NCBI RefSeq assembly: GCF_006345805.1
Contig: NC_043015.1
Coordinates: forward strand, 39,556,001 to 39,620,000
Length of the DNA: 64,000 nt
From: Octopus sinensis
Taxonomy: Eukaryota
Reading direction: 5' to 3'
This document shows positions 52,021 to 64,000 of the stretch, piece after piece. The notes under the pieces were generated by a model that saw nothing but the letters and a program-made list of their open reading frames with translations, ran no database searches and was not told where the DNA came from. A program made the translations under genes and the position numbers. Numbering within the stretch: position 1 is the first letter of the stretch; each line of letters begins with the position of its first letter.

Positions 52021-52220
52021 TTTTATATATATATAGTGTGTGTGTGTGTGTGTGTGTGTGAGTCTAGCTTGTAACCATGCATCTTTCAATTCCATCTCAA
52101 AATGTGACACTCTCAGAAAATGTTTTCTATTTTAGCCCTGGGCCTAACCCTAACCCTCACTTACAAGTGAAATCGCTAACTGGAAACTGGATGGAAATGC
52201 ATCATGTGTGTATGTGGTGT

Positions 52221-52259
<39 letters not shown>

Positions 52260-52489
52260 GATATATAATGTTAATCCAAACATGAAAACACAAAGAGAAA
52301 ACACAACAATGCGAGGATGTTGAACAAGTATAGTGTTATTGGACGCTCAGGAAAGGAAAGAAAGAAGGAGGATTTAATGTTTTCAGCGGAGCTCTTCATC
52401 AGAAATATAGGAAAAAGAAAGATCCAAGGAAGGGAAGACGGTGGAAAAAAAATCGCCAACGGTACACACGCAGTCATATACTCCATCCT

Positions 52490-52690
52490 TTTCCATCAGC
52501 TTTCCATGCTGGCATGGGTTAGACAGATCATCCCAGTCCAAGTCAGTTCTTATTGGGAGCCACTTCCTTCATAAACTGATGTTTGACAGTTTCATTCTGA
52601 CTCATTTTTTCCACAGCCGGACGCCTTTCCTGTCACCAACCAATTTACAAAGTGTGCTGGGCGTATTCTATTGTGTCATGAGGTACTAGA
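52490..52690 (-). mobile_element. Degenerate RTE 3'-end copy
   Basis: TTTCCATGCTGGCATGGGTTAGAC is the reverse complement of the family end. Confidence 0.6.
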
Positions 52691-52726
52691 GATGCTCTCA
52701 AGTCTTGGGAATAACCAGTGAGTTTA

Positions 52727-53090
52727 AGGTGGCAAGCTGGCAGAAATGTTTGCATGCCAGGCGAAATGCTTAGCGGTATTTCGTCTGCTGTTACGTTCTG
52801 AGTTCAAATTCCGCTGAGGTCGACTTTGCCTTTCATCCTTTCAGGGTCGATAAATTAAGTACCAGTTACGCACTGGTGTCGATATAATCGACTTAATCCG
52901 TTTGTCTGTCCTTGTTTGTCTCCTCTGTGTGTAGCCCCTTGTGGGTAGTAAAGAAATAGGTATTTTGTCTGCTGTTACATTCTGAGTTCAAATTCTGCTG
53001 AGGTTGACTTTGCCTTTCATCCTTTCGGGGTTGATAAAATAAGTACCAGTTATGCACTGGGGTCGATGTAATTGACTCAATCCTTTTGTC
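52727..53090 (+). mobile_element. Family A SINE dimer (head plus about 1.7 body units)
   Basis: The second unit restarts at GGTATTTTGTCTG at about 52959. Confidence 0.88.
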
Positions 53091-53229
53091 TGTGAATCTA
53101 ATAGATTTTGTGTGTTTCTTAGATGGCTTGTAAACACCTTCTATGCTGCAATTGTTTACGTTCCAGCACACGATCTCAGATCAGGTCACTTGCTATGCAA
53201 GTGCATCTCCATAATAATAATAATAATAA

Positions 53230-53860
53230 TGGTTTCAAATTTTGGCACAGGGCTAGTAATTTCGGGAAAGGGGTAAGTTGATTACCTTGACCTCATTGCT
53301 CAACTGGTATTTATTTTATTGATCCCCATAAGGATAAAAGACAATGTCAGCCCTAGCAGAATTTGAACTCACACCACAAAGCATTCAAACTCAGACCACA
53401 GGTTATTTCCTTGCTCAGTAACGATTCTGTCAACTTGTTGCCTCACAATGCTGGTATATATATATTTCTTTACTACCCACAAGGGGCTAAACACAGAGAG
53501 GACAAACAAGGACAGACAAAGGGATTAAGTGCGTAACTGGTACTTAATTTATCGACCCTGAAAGGATGAAAGGCTAAGTCAACCTCGGCGGAATTTGAAC
53601 TCAGAACATAAAGACAGACGAAATACCTATTTCTTTACTACACACAAGGGGCTAAACACAGAGAGGACAAACAAGGACAGACAAAGGGATTAAGTCGAAT
53701 AAATCGACACCAGTGCATAACTGGTACTTATTTAATTGACCCCGAAAGGATGAAAGGCAAAGTCGACCTCGGTGGAATTTGAACTCAGAACGTAAGCGCA
53801 GACGAAATATGGTTACACATTTCCCCCGGGATGCTAACATTTCTGCCAGTTCGCCGCCTT
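53230..53860 (-). mobile_element. Family A SINE cluster: degenerate copy (53230-53440) and dimer (53462-53860)
   Basis: Reverse-complement family matches. Confidence 0.85.
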
Positions 53861-54299
53861 CTGGTATATATTTGAGCATAAAATGCAGTTATTGCTGGGT
53901 GGGGATAGAGAAACAGGATGGAATCAACATGAATGGTTTAATGCTACAAATGTATATAAAATAAGTTTGCCATGTTAAACTAATGAAGCGAGATATTTAT
54001 AAAATACGGAAGAAACTGGAAATAGCGTGGAGCAATGCAGGAACGTATTGTGAAGACAGGCAGAATGTATTTTGGTTAATGTTGTTGTTATTTTTCATTA
54101 AACTATTTTAATAATAATATTCTCCACTCGCAGACAATATTTATAAGTGGAGGCCATTCATGAACCGACCATTAGTGTAGGAAGAATCACTGATTAGTTG
54201 AAATTCTGTGTCAGCGTTTGATCTGCTATGCAAATGTGTTATCAGAAGTAGTTTGGTTGACTTAACGAGTTATTTTAGAAAGCTGTTTATCTGCTCCCC

Positions 54300-54327
54300 T
54301 CCCCCACTCCTTCTCACTCTCCTCCTT

Positions 54328-54368
<41 letters not shown>

Positions 54369-54880
54369 GTTGCTTTCTCCCCTCTCTCTCTCTTTCTCCT
54401 CTCGCTATCTCTCTCTCTCACTTACTCTCTCTCTCTCTCTGTCACTTTCTCTCCTCTCTCTCTCTCTCTGTCACTTTCTCTCCTCGTTCCCTCTCTGTCA
54501 CTTTCTCTCCTCACTCTTTCTCTCTCCCTCACTCTCTCTCTCTCACTTACTCTCTCTCACTCTCGCTCTCTCTCTTTATCTCTATGTTCTTTTCTCCCTC
54601 TCTCTGTTATCTCTCTCTTGCTCCCTCTATCTCTCTTGCTCCCTCTCTCTCTCTTGCTCCTCTCTCTCGCGCTCCCTCTCTCTCTCTTGCTAACTCTCTC
54701 TCTCTCTAACTTACTCTTCTAATCTCTCTCTCTCTCTCTCTTTCTCTCTCTGTCTTTCTCCCCTCTCTCTGTCTCTTTCTCCCCTCACTCTCTCTCTCTT
54801 GCTCCTCTCTCTCTTCTTGCTCCCTCTCTCTCTCTCTCTCTCACTCTCTCTCTCTTGCTCCTCCTCTCCCCCCCTCTCTC
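54300..54880. repeat. (CT)n-rich low-complexity block
   Basis: Directly visible. Confidence 0.92.
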
Positions 54881-55547
54881 TGTTGCCAATTGGTTCTGGA
54901 GTGTTGCACTTTCTGTTGGTTTCCGCCAATCTCCGTCACAATATCCTCATTGTTATCAAAGCCTCTAAATAACAATAATCAATTGTCTACACTTCACCTC
55001 CCAATCTCACCTCCAACCACTTCTATAATAAGCTGCTAATACAACAAAACAAAAATATCAAACAAACAAAAAAAAAAAAAACTAAAGTGTTGTTCACATT
55101 TTAAAATATTTTCTGTTTTATGTTTCTTAGTTTTTGCTGGTTTTTTTTTCTTTTGTTAAATAGAATTTTTATTCTTTATTTATCTTGCGTAACCATAGTT
55201 TCAAAGACTTGTTGACACTGGATACCGTGATATTTACGCCTTTCTACAGGTCAGAACTGTGCTTCTCGCACCATCCCCTACATTATTTACTCGGGGCCCT
55301 CCATCACCGGTGGAGGGCGAGGGTGGGGGAGTTGTCCTCAAACTGCTGACCAGATCGGAATACTTGCCAGAAAATTGGTCCCTATGGAAGGTATCCATGG
55401 TCCAGAGTGCAGTGGTCAAACAGATGGGATACGTCCACAGTACTGGACCCTGTGATCTTTGGGATGTTAGAAGACTGTAAGGTGCTTGTTGGGACGTCTT
55501 TGATTGTCTCTCTGCTCAGTCAGGGCTGACCAGCAAATAAATTACAA

Positions 55548-55725
55548 CTACCATCACCACCACCACCACCACCACCACCACCACCACCACCACCACAACA
55601 ACAACAACAACAACAACAACTACTACTGCTACTACTACTACTAACTACTACTATTATTACTACTACTACTGCTGCTGCTGCTACTACTACTACTACTACT
55701 ACTACTGCTTCTACTGCTACTACTA

Positions 55726-55759
<34 letters not shown>

Positions 55760-55967
55760 GCTACTGCTACTGCTACTACTACTTCTACTATAATTATCAC
55801 CACCACCATAACAACAACGACAACAACAACAACAACAGCAACAACAACAACTATAAATTCTACCACTACCACCACCATCTCCTGGGGAACAGACCACTGG
55901 ACTTTCTTAAATAAACTACTACGCTCAACATTTGTATTGAGCACTTCTCTGGATCCTTACCCAACAC

Positions 55968-56015
<48 letters not shown>

Positions 56016-56815
56016 GCGTGTGTATTTAGTTAAACTTAGTTACTAACCCCTCTCACTTCACTTGTCCCTCCCCTCCACCATCCCCTTAAAATCTTTCAAA
56101 AAAATACTTCTAAACACTCCAAGACTCTAAGACTCTGACTAACCAACCCCAAAATCTATGTAATTTACTGATATCTTCCACGTGGAATATTTGGTAATTC
56201 TTTCTCTGCAATCAACAGGGAAGAATGTCTGCAGTCGCTGAGTAAGGGAGCAGAAATGTTATTTCAGCTCCCATTTATCTATTTCTGATCAATTCTAGCG
56301 AAATATTTTATAGAAAGTTCACCAAATCAAGGTTAGACTCCCCACCCCCACCCCTGCCACTTGCACTTCATAATCGATATCTGATAGATATTGGCAATAA
56401 AATCAAATAACAAACTAACACTAAACTCCCACACCCCGCTTCTCCCATCTTGTTTTTCACTCCTACCACCACCACCAACACCACCACCACCACCATCATC
56501 ACCACCACCACCACCACCATACCACCACCACCACCACCAACAACACCACCACCAACACCACTACAATCACCACCACCAACAACAACAACACCACCACCAA
56601 CACCAACACCACCACCAAAACCACCACCACCATACCACCACCAACACCACCACCACCACCAACACCACCACCAACACCAACATCAACACCAACACCACCA
56701 CCACCACCACCACCACCACCACCACCAACACCATCACCACCATACCACCACCAACACCACCACCAACACCACCACCACCACCATCACCAACACCAACAAC
56801 AACAACAACACTAGA
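55548..56815. repeat. CAC/CAA/CTA trinucleotide arrays (55548-55875, 56462-56815) and (TG)n
   Basis: Directly visible. Confidence 0.9.
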
Positions 56816-57024
56816 TTTCTGCTCTGTATGTCATGGATATAACGTGCAAAACAGGGTAGAAAGTTGGTAATAAAAGGGTAGAAGTGTAATAATAATGGGG
56901 TGGAAAGTTGGCTACAAAACACGATAATGAACCTAAAAGCAAACATTCACTGATTGTGGAGAAGACATTTTCATTGTAGAACTGAATTCCTCAGTTTTCT
57001 TAAAGAGAAGAACAATCAAAAAGC

Positions 57025-57345
57025 TTGGGCAAGTGTCTTCTACTATAGCCTCGGGCCAACCAAAGCCTTGTGAGTGGATTTGGTAGATGGAAACTGAAAG
57101 AAGCCCGTCGTATATATGTATATATGTATATATATATGTGTGTGTTTGTCCCCACCCCCAAAAGTCACTTGACAACTGATGCTGGTGTGTTTACGTCCCT
57201 GTAACTTAGCGGTTCGGCAAATGAGACTGATAGAATAAGTACTAGGCTTACAAAGAATAAGTCCTGGTGTCAATTTGCTCGACTAAAGGCAGTGCTCCAG
57301 CATGGCCACAGTCAAATGACTGAAACAAGTAAAGAGTAAAAGAGA
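57025..57345 (+). mobile_element. 5'-truncated CORE-like SINE, family B
   Basis: Starts at CTTGGGCAAGTGTCTT and matches 14720-15107. Confidence 0.87.
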
Positions 57346-57367
57346 AAAGATATCTATATATATATTA

Positions 57368-57411
<44 letters not shown>

Positions 57412-57779
57412 GCATGTGCATGAGGACTTTAGAGATTTCAGGTGTGCATTCAGTTAACCAGGGTGGGTTGGACTCTAAGTCAGGTGACAGAGAACTTTGG
57501 TAGGAAAACCTGAGATATGTTGTTCAGTGAGAGCTGATTACACACACCCTTGCACCAAGCTTCTGTTATCAGCATTTCTGAGAAATGTGGCTGATCATGC
57601 ACGAACCTTCAACACGGAAAATAAATCGTCTACGTGAGTAGTCTAACAGCTGGCTACTGAACCCCATATTAAAGTCAATGAGAGAATCCCCTAAAATCCA
57701 TCCATCCATCCATATATCCAGCCAGCCAGTCAACAGCCAATCAACCAATCAATCGTGGTCCCCTTGTCATAGACAGTTC

Positions 57780-58145
57780 TATAATTTCTTGTTGAGTAAC
57801 CTGTCTAACACCCGTGGACATGTTTACAAAGTCAAAAAACAGCACAGCTCCCATGACTTTCGGAAACATTTTTTCACACTAAGAGTTGCTGAAGCATGGA
57901 ACAAACTGCCGGCATCAGTTGTTAGTTGCCGGAGCACTGCATCCTTCAAAACTTCCATGCTTCCTGAGATTCACCAACACTACACCTGATCTTTCTCCCC
58001 TCCATACACACACAAGCATGTATCTGACTCATACACTGTTCACTTCCCAGACATTTGTACAATACTGCATATGCTTTATACGCACTTTTGACAAGTTGTG
58101 GTGCACCTGAGCACTGTATACAATAATCTCATTATATTATTATAA
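57780..58145 (+). mobile_element. CR1-clade LINE 3' end
   Basis: TRGHVYKVKK...RKHFFTLRVAEAWNKLPASVVS...SFK is the CR1 C-terminal signature, followed by a 3' UTR ending in ATT-type repeats. Confidence 0.88.
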
Positions 58146-58799
58146 TTTGTTTATAGTGATCAAGTGTTTGTGCTGTACCTTACCTGTTGCTCCCTCCATC
58201 CAATCAACAACATTGCTTGTACACAGGTGCACAAGTAATGAAACTCAATATACTTATATTGTCTTCTTTTGTCGTATCTGTGGCAGAATTTTTGTCATGT
58301 CTGTGGCAGATTCTGCCACGGATATAACAAAGTAAACAATGTAAATATTTTGAGTTCCATTATTGATGTGAAAATGTTAAAGAAATGGTTGCATCCTTTA
58401 TGTTTGAAGTCTATGCGTTCATCTGATGAGAACGGTTTCTTTCAAATGATGCAATGTTTTAATTAATCAATTAAAGGAGTCACTTGTACATTTCTGTTAC
58501 TCATTTATATTTTACTCACCTAACTTGGAATCTGCACTTCGGAAATACTATAGAAAATACCTTTATAAAAGGTACAGGTCTGAATTACCAAGAATGGATA
58601 TCTTCACTTAGCTGGGATGTGTTGTCTGCACACATGGCAGGTATATCAGGGACAAACACCTCAGCATGGAGACTTCATATTCAATAGTCAATTAATACTG
58701 TTTGGGTGTGCAGATTATACCGACCTAGCAAGGTGTGTCAATTTAAGTACCTAATTCAACAGAATCTTAATTACATTATATATATATACATATATATAC

Positions 58800-58861
<62 letters not shown>

Positions 58862-60018
58862 CATACATATATGTATTATATATATATGAGTATAAAACTT
58901 AGAGTCCTACGTATGGTATATCATATATATATATAGAGAGAGTATGTAGTATCGATCCAAGATGATTTGCGCAGTTGTTGAAAGTAATCAATAATGTTGC
59001 TAGTTCAAACATATTTTTATTGAGAGCAAATACAAATATAACTTTGAATAAACATCAGTAAAAATGTAAAAATAGTTGGACAAAAATTACATTAGTAATT
59101 ACCATAATGGTGGATAAGTTTCGAGTGGGCTTCTGTTGTTTTTTGAAATTAAAACTGGTCCAAAAATTGGTTGGAAAAGAACCAAAAGAATGTCACATTT
59201 GAAGACATAATGGTTTTATGCTAAGTCTCTGTTGACTTTGGTGTTTATCTACTTTTATATAAAGCATATATATGTGTGTGTATATATATATATATATATT
59301 TTTATATATATATATATACAAAATTTAGAGGATTGACCATTAAAAGTGAACAGACTGTATGCTAGATATAGACGGCAAAATCGCCATTTTGTATGTAAAA
59401 AAATTTTTATCTTCAGATTTAAAAACAAAATATGCTAGGCCACTGGTTTTAATTGATTAATATCAATTTCTACCCCTATTTAATTTTATATATATGTATG
59501 TATATATGTATATATATATGTCTGTATGAGTTAGAGGTTAAGAAACCCTCCAAGGGACATTAAATATTCAATATACTACAGGATGTGTACCTGCGTATTT
59601 TTAACCAAAGTGCTTACTATTGCATGGTAATATCGTTAGGTATGGGTGGGGGTAAATTGGAAATTTACCTAGGATTTATAAGGTAAATAAGAAAATGGAG
59701 AGGATAAACAATCGATTTTATAAAATCAATTTTATATCCTCTCCATTTTCTTATTTGCCTTATATATATATACATATATATATATATATACATATATATT
59801 ATATATATATATATATATATACTTTATTTAAAGCAGCAGAAAATTCAACAAAACCTTTACTCTCTGAGTTTCCAGTTGTCGAACGGCTACGGGAAACTCA
59901 GAGTAACAGGTTTTGTTGAATTTTCTGCTGCTTTAAATAAAGCATATTACTCTACCTCTGGTATTTGAGTACTCTTTTTTTCCACCTTGTTTCACATTTA
60001 GTGTTTACTCCGGTATAT

Positions 60019-60071
<53 letters not shown>

Positions 60072-60191
60072 TATATATATATGCACACATACATATATAT
60101 TGCATATGTACACAGACATTCACACACACACACATGAAATTATATATATGTATATATATAGATATAATTGTATTCTTTTATTCTTTTTTTT

Positions 60192-60565
60192 TTTTACTTG
60201 TTTCAGTCATTTGATTGAGACCATGATGGAGCACTGCTTTAGTCGAGCAAATCGACCCCAGAATTTGTTCTTTGTAAGCCTTATTCTATCGGTCTCTTTT
60301 GCTGAACCGCTAAGTTAAAGGGACGTAAACACACCAGCATCGGTTGTCAAGCGATGTTAGGGGGACAAACACAGACACACACACACGCACATATATATAT
60401 TCATGTGACGGGCTTCTTTCAGTTTCCGTCTACCAAATCTACTCACAAGGCTTTTGGTTGGCCTGAGGCTATAGCAGAAGACACTTGACCAAGGTGCCAC
60501 ACAGTGGGACTGAACCCGGAACCATGTGGCTGGTAAGCAAGCTACTTACCACAGAACCACTCCTA
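60192..60565 (-). mobile_element. CORE-like SINE, family B
   Basis: Reverse complement of 14642-15107. Confidence 0.87.
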
Positions 60566-60684
60566 TATATTTATACATATCTAGGTGTGTAAATGTTTGA
60601 AAATATATTTGGGAACAGATGGGAGTTGGTGACAGGAAGGACATCTGGCTGTAGAAAACTTGCCACACAAATAGTGCTGCATCT

Positions 60685-61325
60685 GTTTTCCAAGCTGGCA
60701 TTGGTTGGATGATTTGATTGAGGACTGGAAAGCCAGGAGGCTGCACCAAGCTCCAATCTGATCTGGCAATGTTTCTACAGCTTGATGCCCTCCCTAACGC
60801 CAACCACTCCAACAGTGTAGTGGGTGATTTTTATGTACCACCAGTAATGGGAGCCAGTCGGGGTTCACTGGCATTGACCATGTTCGGCTGGTACTTTTTA
60901 CGTGCCACCAGTATGGGGAGCTAGACAGGTGGAACTGGCATCGACGCATGCTTGAATCATGCTCCTTACATGCCACCAGCACAGGTGCCAGTCAGGTGGC
61001 ACTGGCATTGGCCATAACTAGGACTTCACTTGACTCAACAGGTCACAGGGTGTCACCTGGTGATTCAAGGGTACTTTTTAAATGGGTTGGTTATGCAACA
61101 CTGGTATTGGCCACAGCTGCGATCTCACTTTACTTGCAGGAACTTCTCAATCACAGCATATCTCCAAAGGTCTTGGTCACTTATTGCCTCTGTGAAGCCC
61201 CACATTCAAAGGTCATGCTTCATGACCTCATCCCATGTCTTCCTGGGTCTACCTCTTCCACATGTTCCTCCCACTATTAGAATGTGTCCCCATCCATGTG
61301 CAACACATGACCATACAAGTGCAAT
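60685..61325 (-). mobile_element. RTE LINE 3' remnant (C-terminus plus 3' UTR)
   Basis: Minus strand reads YGHVLHMDG...GRGRPRKTWDEVMKHDL...DLWRYAVIEK, homologous to 1-490. Confidence 0.82.
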
Positions 61326-61361
61326 CGTCTCCCTTGCACACCACATCTGATGCTTCTTAAC

Positions 61362-61695
61362 ACTTGAAGTATTACTCCACCATACTCTACTCCACTGGAA
61401 TTGTTACTCCACCATACTCCACTCCACTGGAACTGTTACTCCACCACACTCCACTCCACTTGAAGTGTTACTCCACCCCACTGGAACTGTTACTCCACCA
61501 TACTCCACTCCACTTGAAGTGTTACTCCACCATACTCCAATCCACTGAAGTGTTACTCCACTCCACTGGAAGTGTTACTCCACCATACTCCACTCCACTT
61601 GAAGTGATACTCCCCCATACTTCACTCAAAGTGTTACTCCACCATGCCCCACTCCATTTGAAGTGTTACTCCACCACACTCCACTCCACTCCACT
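61362..61695. repeat. Minisatellite, about 11 x 32-bp unit T(G/T)GAA(C/G)TGTTACTCCACCATACTCCACTCCAC
   Basis: Directly visible, with internal ACTCC subrepeats and shortened units. Confidence 0.9.
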
Positions 61696-62159
61696 CTCCT
61701 AATCCACCATTAGTAAACTAATTCCTTCACCTGTTTATTACATTTCTGTTTTCTTCTCTCTTTTGATTAATTTGATTAATTGAGAATTGGTTAAATTGGT
61801 TAATTGTGGCAGGGATGTTGACATCTCTCTCACTTGATGTTCCCCTCACATTTTCTAATCAAACTGAAATTTAAAAGGAGCCTGAGGGTGGGCATGGAGG
61901 GAGAGGATTTATTAATACAGATTATTTCCATGATTGTGATGCAAGTGAACACATAAACACACACACACACACCACATGCAAACACACACACACACACATA
62001 CGTACACTAACGAACACACACACATACACACATGCACAAACACAGACGTATACTCAAACGCATGCACATGCACAAACACACATGCAAACACACACACACT
62101 CACACACACACACGCACACACACATACAAATACACACTCACATGCACACATCTAATAAT

Positions 62160-62645
62160 AGTTCAAAATATTGGGCACAAGACCAACAATTTTGGGAAGA
62201 GGCTTAAATCAATTACATTGCCCCCCCACTGCCCAATTGGTACTTATTTTACTTATTTTATCAACCCTGAAAGAAAAAAAAAGGCAAAGGTGCCCTCAGC
62301 AGAATTTGAACCCTGAAGCAAAGACAGACGAAATGCTCCTAAGCATTATGCCTGGTGTGCTAACGATTCTACCAGCTCGACATCTCATGCATCCATCTAA
62401 TATTTGAAGCTGTTACAATAATACTAACAATCCTTTCTACTAAAGGACAAGGCCTGAAATTTTGGGGGAGGGGACTAGTTGATTATATCAACCCCAGTGT
62501 TTTCCTGGTACTTAATTTATTGATCCTGAAAGGATAAAACACAAAGTTGACATTGGTGGAAATTGAACTCAGAACATAAAGTTGGATGAAATACTGCTCA
62601 GCATTTTGCCCAGTGTGCTAACAATTCTGCCAGCTTGCTACCTTA
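62160..62645 (-). mobile_element. Two degenerate family A SINEs (about 62160-62390 and 62430-62645)
   Basis: Reverse-complement family matches with two different tail types. Confidence 0.78.
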
Positions 62646-62656
62646 GCAATAATGAT

Positions 62657-62895
62657 AACAAGAGCACTCAGAGAGAACAAACCTCTGCCACGGCAACACC
62701 CGCGTCCTCTCAATGATTAGCCAGAGATGATTTTTAAAATGAGAATATCTGAAATAAACCTGGCTGCACTCACAAACGAGAATACTAAAAGTGAACCCAA
62801 CTGCTCTCAAGAATTAAGTAAAAAAAACAAAAAAAAACATGAAAAATAATCCAGAATCCTTTTCCGGTATCGGATCAATCCTAAAATCTAATCAG
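62657..62895 (+). mobile_element. Possible 5' part of a Helentron-associated (DINE/HINE-like) element
   Basis: Begins AACAAGAGCACTCAGAGAG in an A-run, like DINE-type 5' ends. The diagnostic 3' hairpin is absent. Confidence 0.3.
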
Positions 62896-62960
62896 TTGAT
62901 ATGTATAAAGAAAATAAGACAAGGTAGAAAATGCTAAAATAATTTTATCATAAAAAACAT

Positions 62961-63014
62961 TTCAGTACCGGTTTCAGTCATTGAGACTTTTTCAACTCTA
63001 AGTATGGAAAACAA
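62961..63014 (-). ncRNA. Candidate minimal hammerhead ribozyme with U3:A8 core
   Basis: Minus strand reads UUGAAAA, stem II AGUC/GACU (loop UCAAU), GAAA, palindromic stem III ACCGGU and a GUA triplet. Confidence 0.5.
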
Positions 63015-63055
63015 TTAAATTTTGGAAAAATTAAATGAAAAGTTTTATAAAAGAA

Positions 63056-63451
63056 CCAGCAGTATCGCCCGGCGTTGCTCGGGTTTGTAAGGGAAATAAC
63101 TATATAAGCATTTTTAGAGAGTTATAGCCAAAAAATAGCAAAAAAATGCATTAAAAATGGAAAAAAAACGATGGTAAATTTTTTTTTAAATTGTTGACTC
63201 ATCGTAGACATTTTTAGAGAGTTACTTCCCTTATATAATAGCGAAAAAATGCATTAAAATGGAAAAAAATGATGGTAAATTTTTTTTTAAATCGTAGACT
63301 CATCGTAGACGCGCTAATACCCAGAAGGGCTCGATATGAATCACGACTATAAGATACCCAGTTTTGGTTACACTGCACCGCAAAATGCGGGAGTAGTTAG
63401 GAATCTAAATCGTAGGAGACAGACACACAACTTGACTTTTATATATAAAGA
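63056..63451 (-). mobile_element. Non-autonomous Helitron, same family as 13904-14299
   Basis: Minus strand A|TCTTTATATATAAAAG ... CCCGAGCAACGCCGGG ... CTGG|T, with a canonical A/T target and CTRR end. There is an internal duplication of about 80 bp. Confidence 0.85.
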
Positions 63452-63724
63452 TATTTCCATAGTATTCAAATACAAGGGGCATTTTTCTTGTTTCTGTCTG
63501 TCTCTGTCTCTCTTGTTTACTCTTGTGGGTTCGAAGTCATTGTGAATTCTTACACACACACACACACACACTATATCTCTATATATATGTATATATATAT
63601 ATCTCTCTCTCTAATATATATCTATATAATATATACATATATATAATATATATATACATATATATATATATATACATTATATATATAATATATATACATA
63701 TTATATATTAGTTCACATATGATA

Positions 63725-63779
<55 letters not shown>

Positions 63780-63784
63780 TCTAT

Positions 63785-64000
63785 AATTACAAACATAATT
63801 ATAATCAGGGGTCAGCTAATTGCTTTGCCATGCACCGAATTTAGAAATAGGAGTTAAAATGCCATTTCTGCTACCATAGAAAGTGTGTTACTATCTGGGA
63901 GATCTTTATGAAAGCAGAAAAGGCATATGAAATCCTATTTCTAAATTCGGTGTGTGGCAAAGCAATTAGCTGACCCCAGATTATAATTATGTTTGTAATT
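63785..64000. repeat. Foldback element next to a TA tract (outer arms about 70 bp plus inner arms about 24 bp)
   Basis: AATTACAAACATAATTATAATC...AGAAATAGGA mirrors TCCTATTTCT...ATTATGTTTGTAATT. It reaches the window edge. Confidence 0.9.

Noticed and set aside
52143-52157. CCTAACCCTAACCCT telomere-like string
   Set aside because: Only about two units; not distinguishable from chance.
56960-57000. Minus-strand CUGAGGA-AUU...AAU-GAAA-AUGUC
   Set aside because: Stem II is only three A-U pairs, stem III is mismatched and stem I is weak; compatible with chance in AT-rich DNA.
59385-59420. Minus-strand CUGAAGA followed by an A/U stem
   Set aside because: No GAAA or NUH follows.

Overview
AT-rich animal DNA, most consistent with an Octopus (coleoid cephalopod) intron or intergenic region. 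This is inferred from the tRNA-derived SINE families and the extreme (TA)n/(CA)n/(AAT)n/(GAT)n microsatellite load. No intact protein-coding gene can be supported; most ORFs in the track are microsatellite artefacts. The window is a transposon graveyard. It holds about 20 copies of one tRNA-derived SINE (several as head-to-tail multimers, two with clear TSDs), CORE-like and V-like SINEs, and RTE, CR1 and R4/Dong LINE remnants. It also holds two mariners, a maT-like remnant, mariner and hAT MITEs, two non-autonomous Helitrons and a probable Penelope-like remnant. The main discovery is a set of hammerhead-ribozyme-like motifs read by eye. One has a fully canonical core (16911-16970, minus). One has a compensatory U3:A8 core (62961-63014, minus). 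One is a Penelope-type minimal motif (44842-44883). Several more are decayed copies, many within short, often palindromic islands embedded in TA tracts. Other leads are a pre-miRNA-like hairpin, two minisatellites made of nuclear-receptor-type elements, an interstitial TTAGGG tract and a few candidate exons. All alignments and folds were done by eye, and coordinates of decayed elements are approximate.
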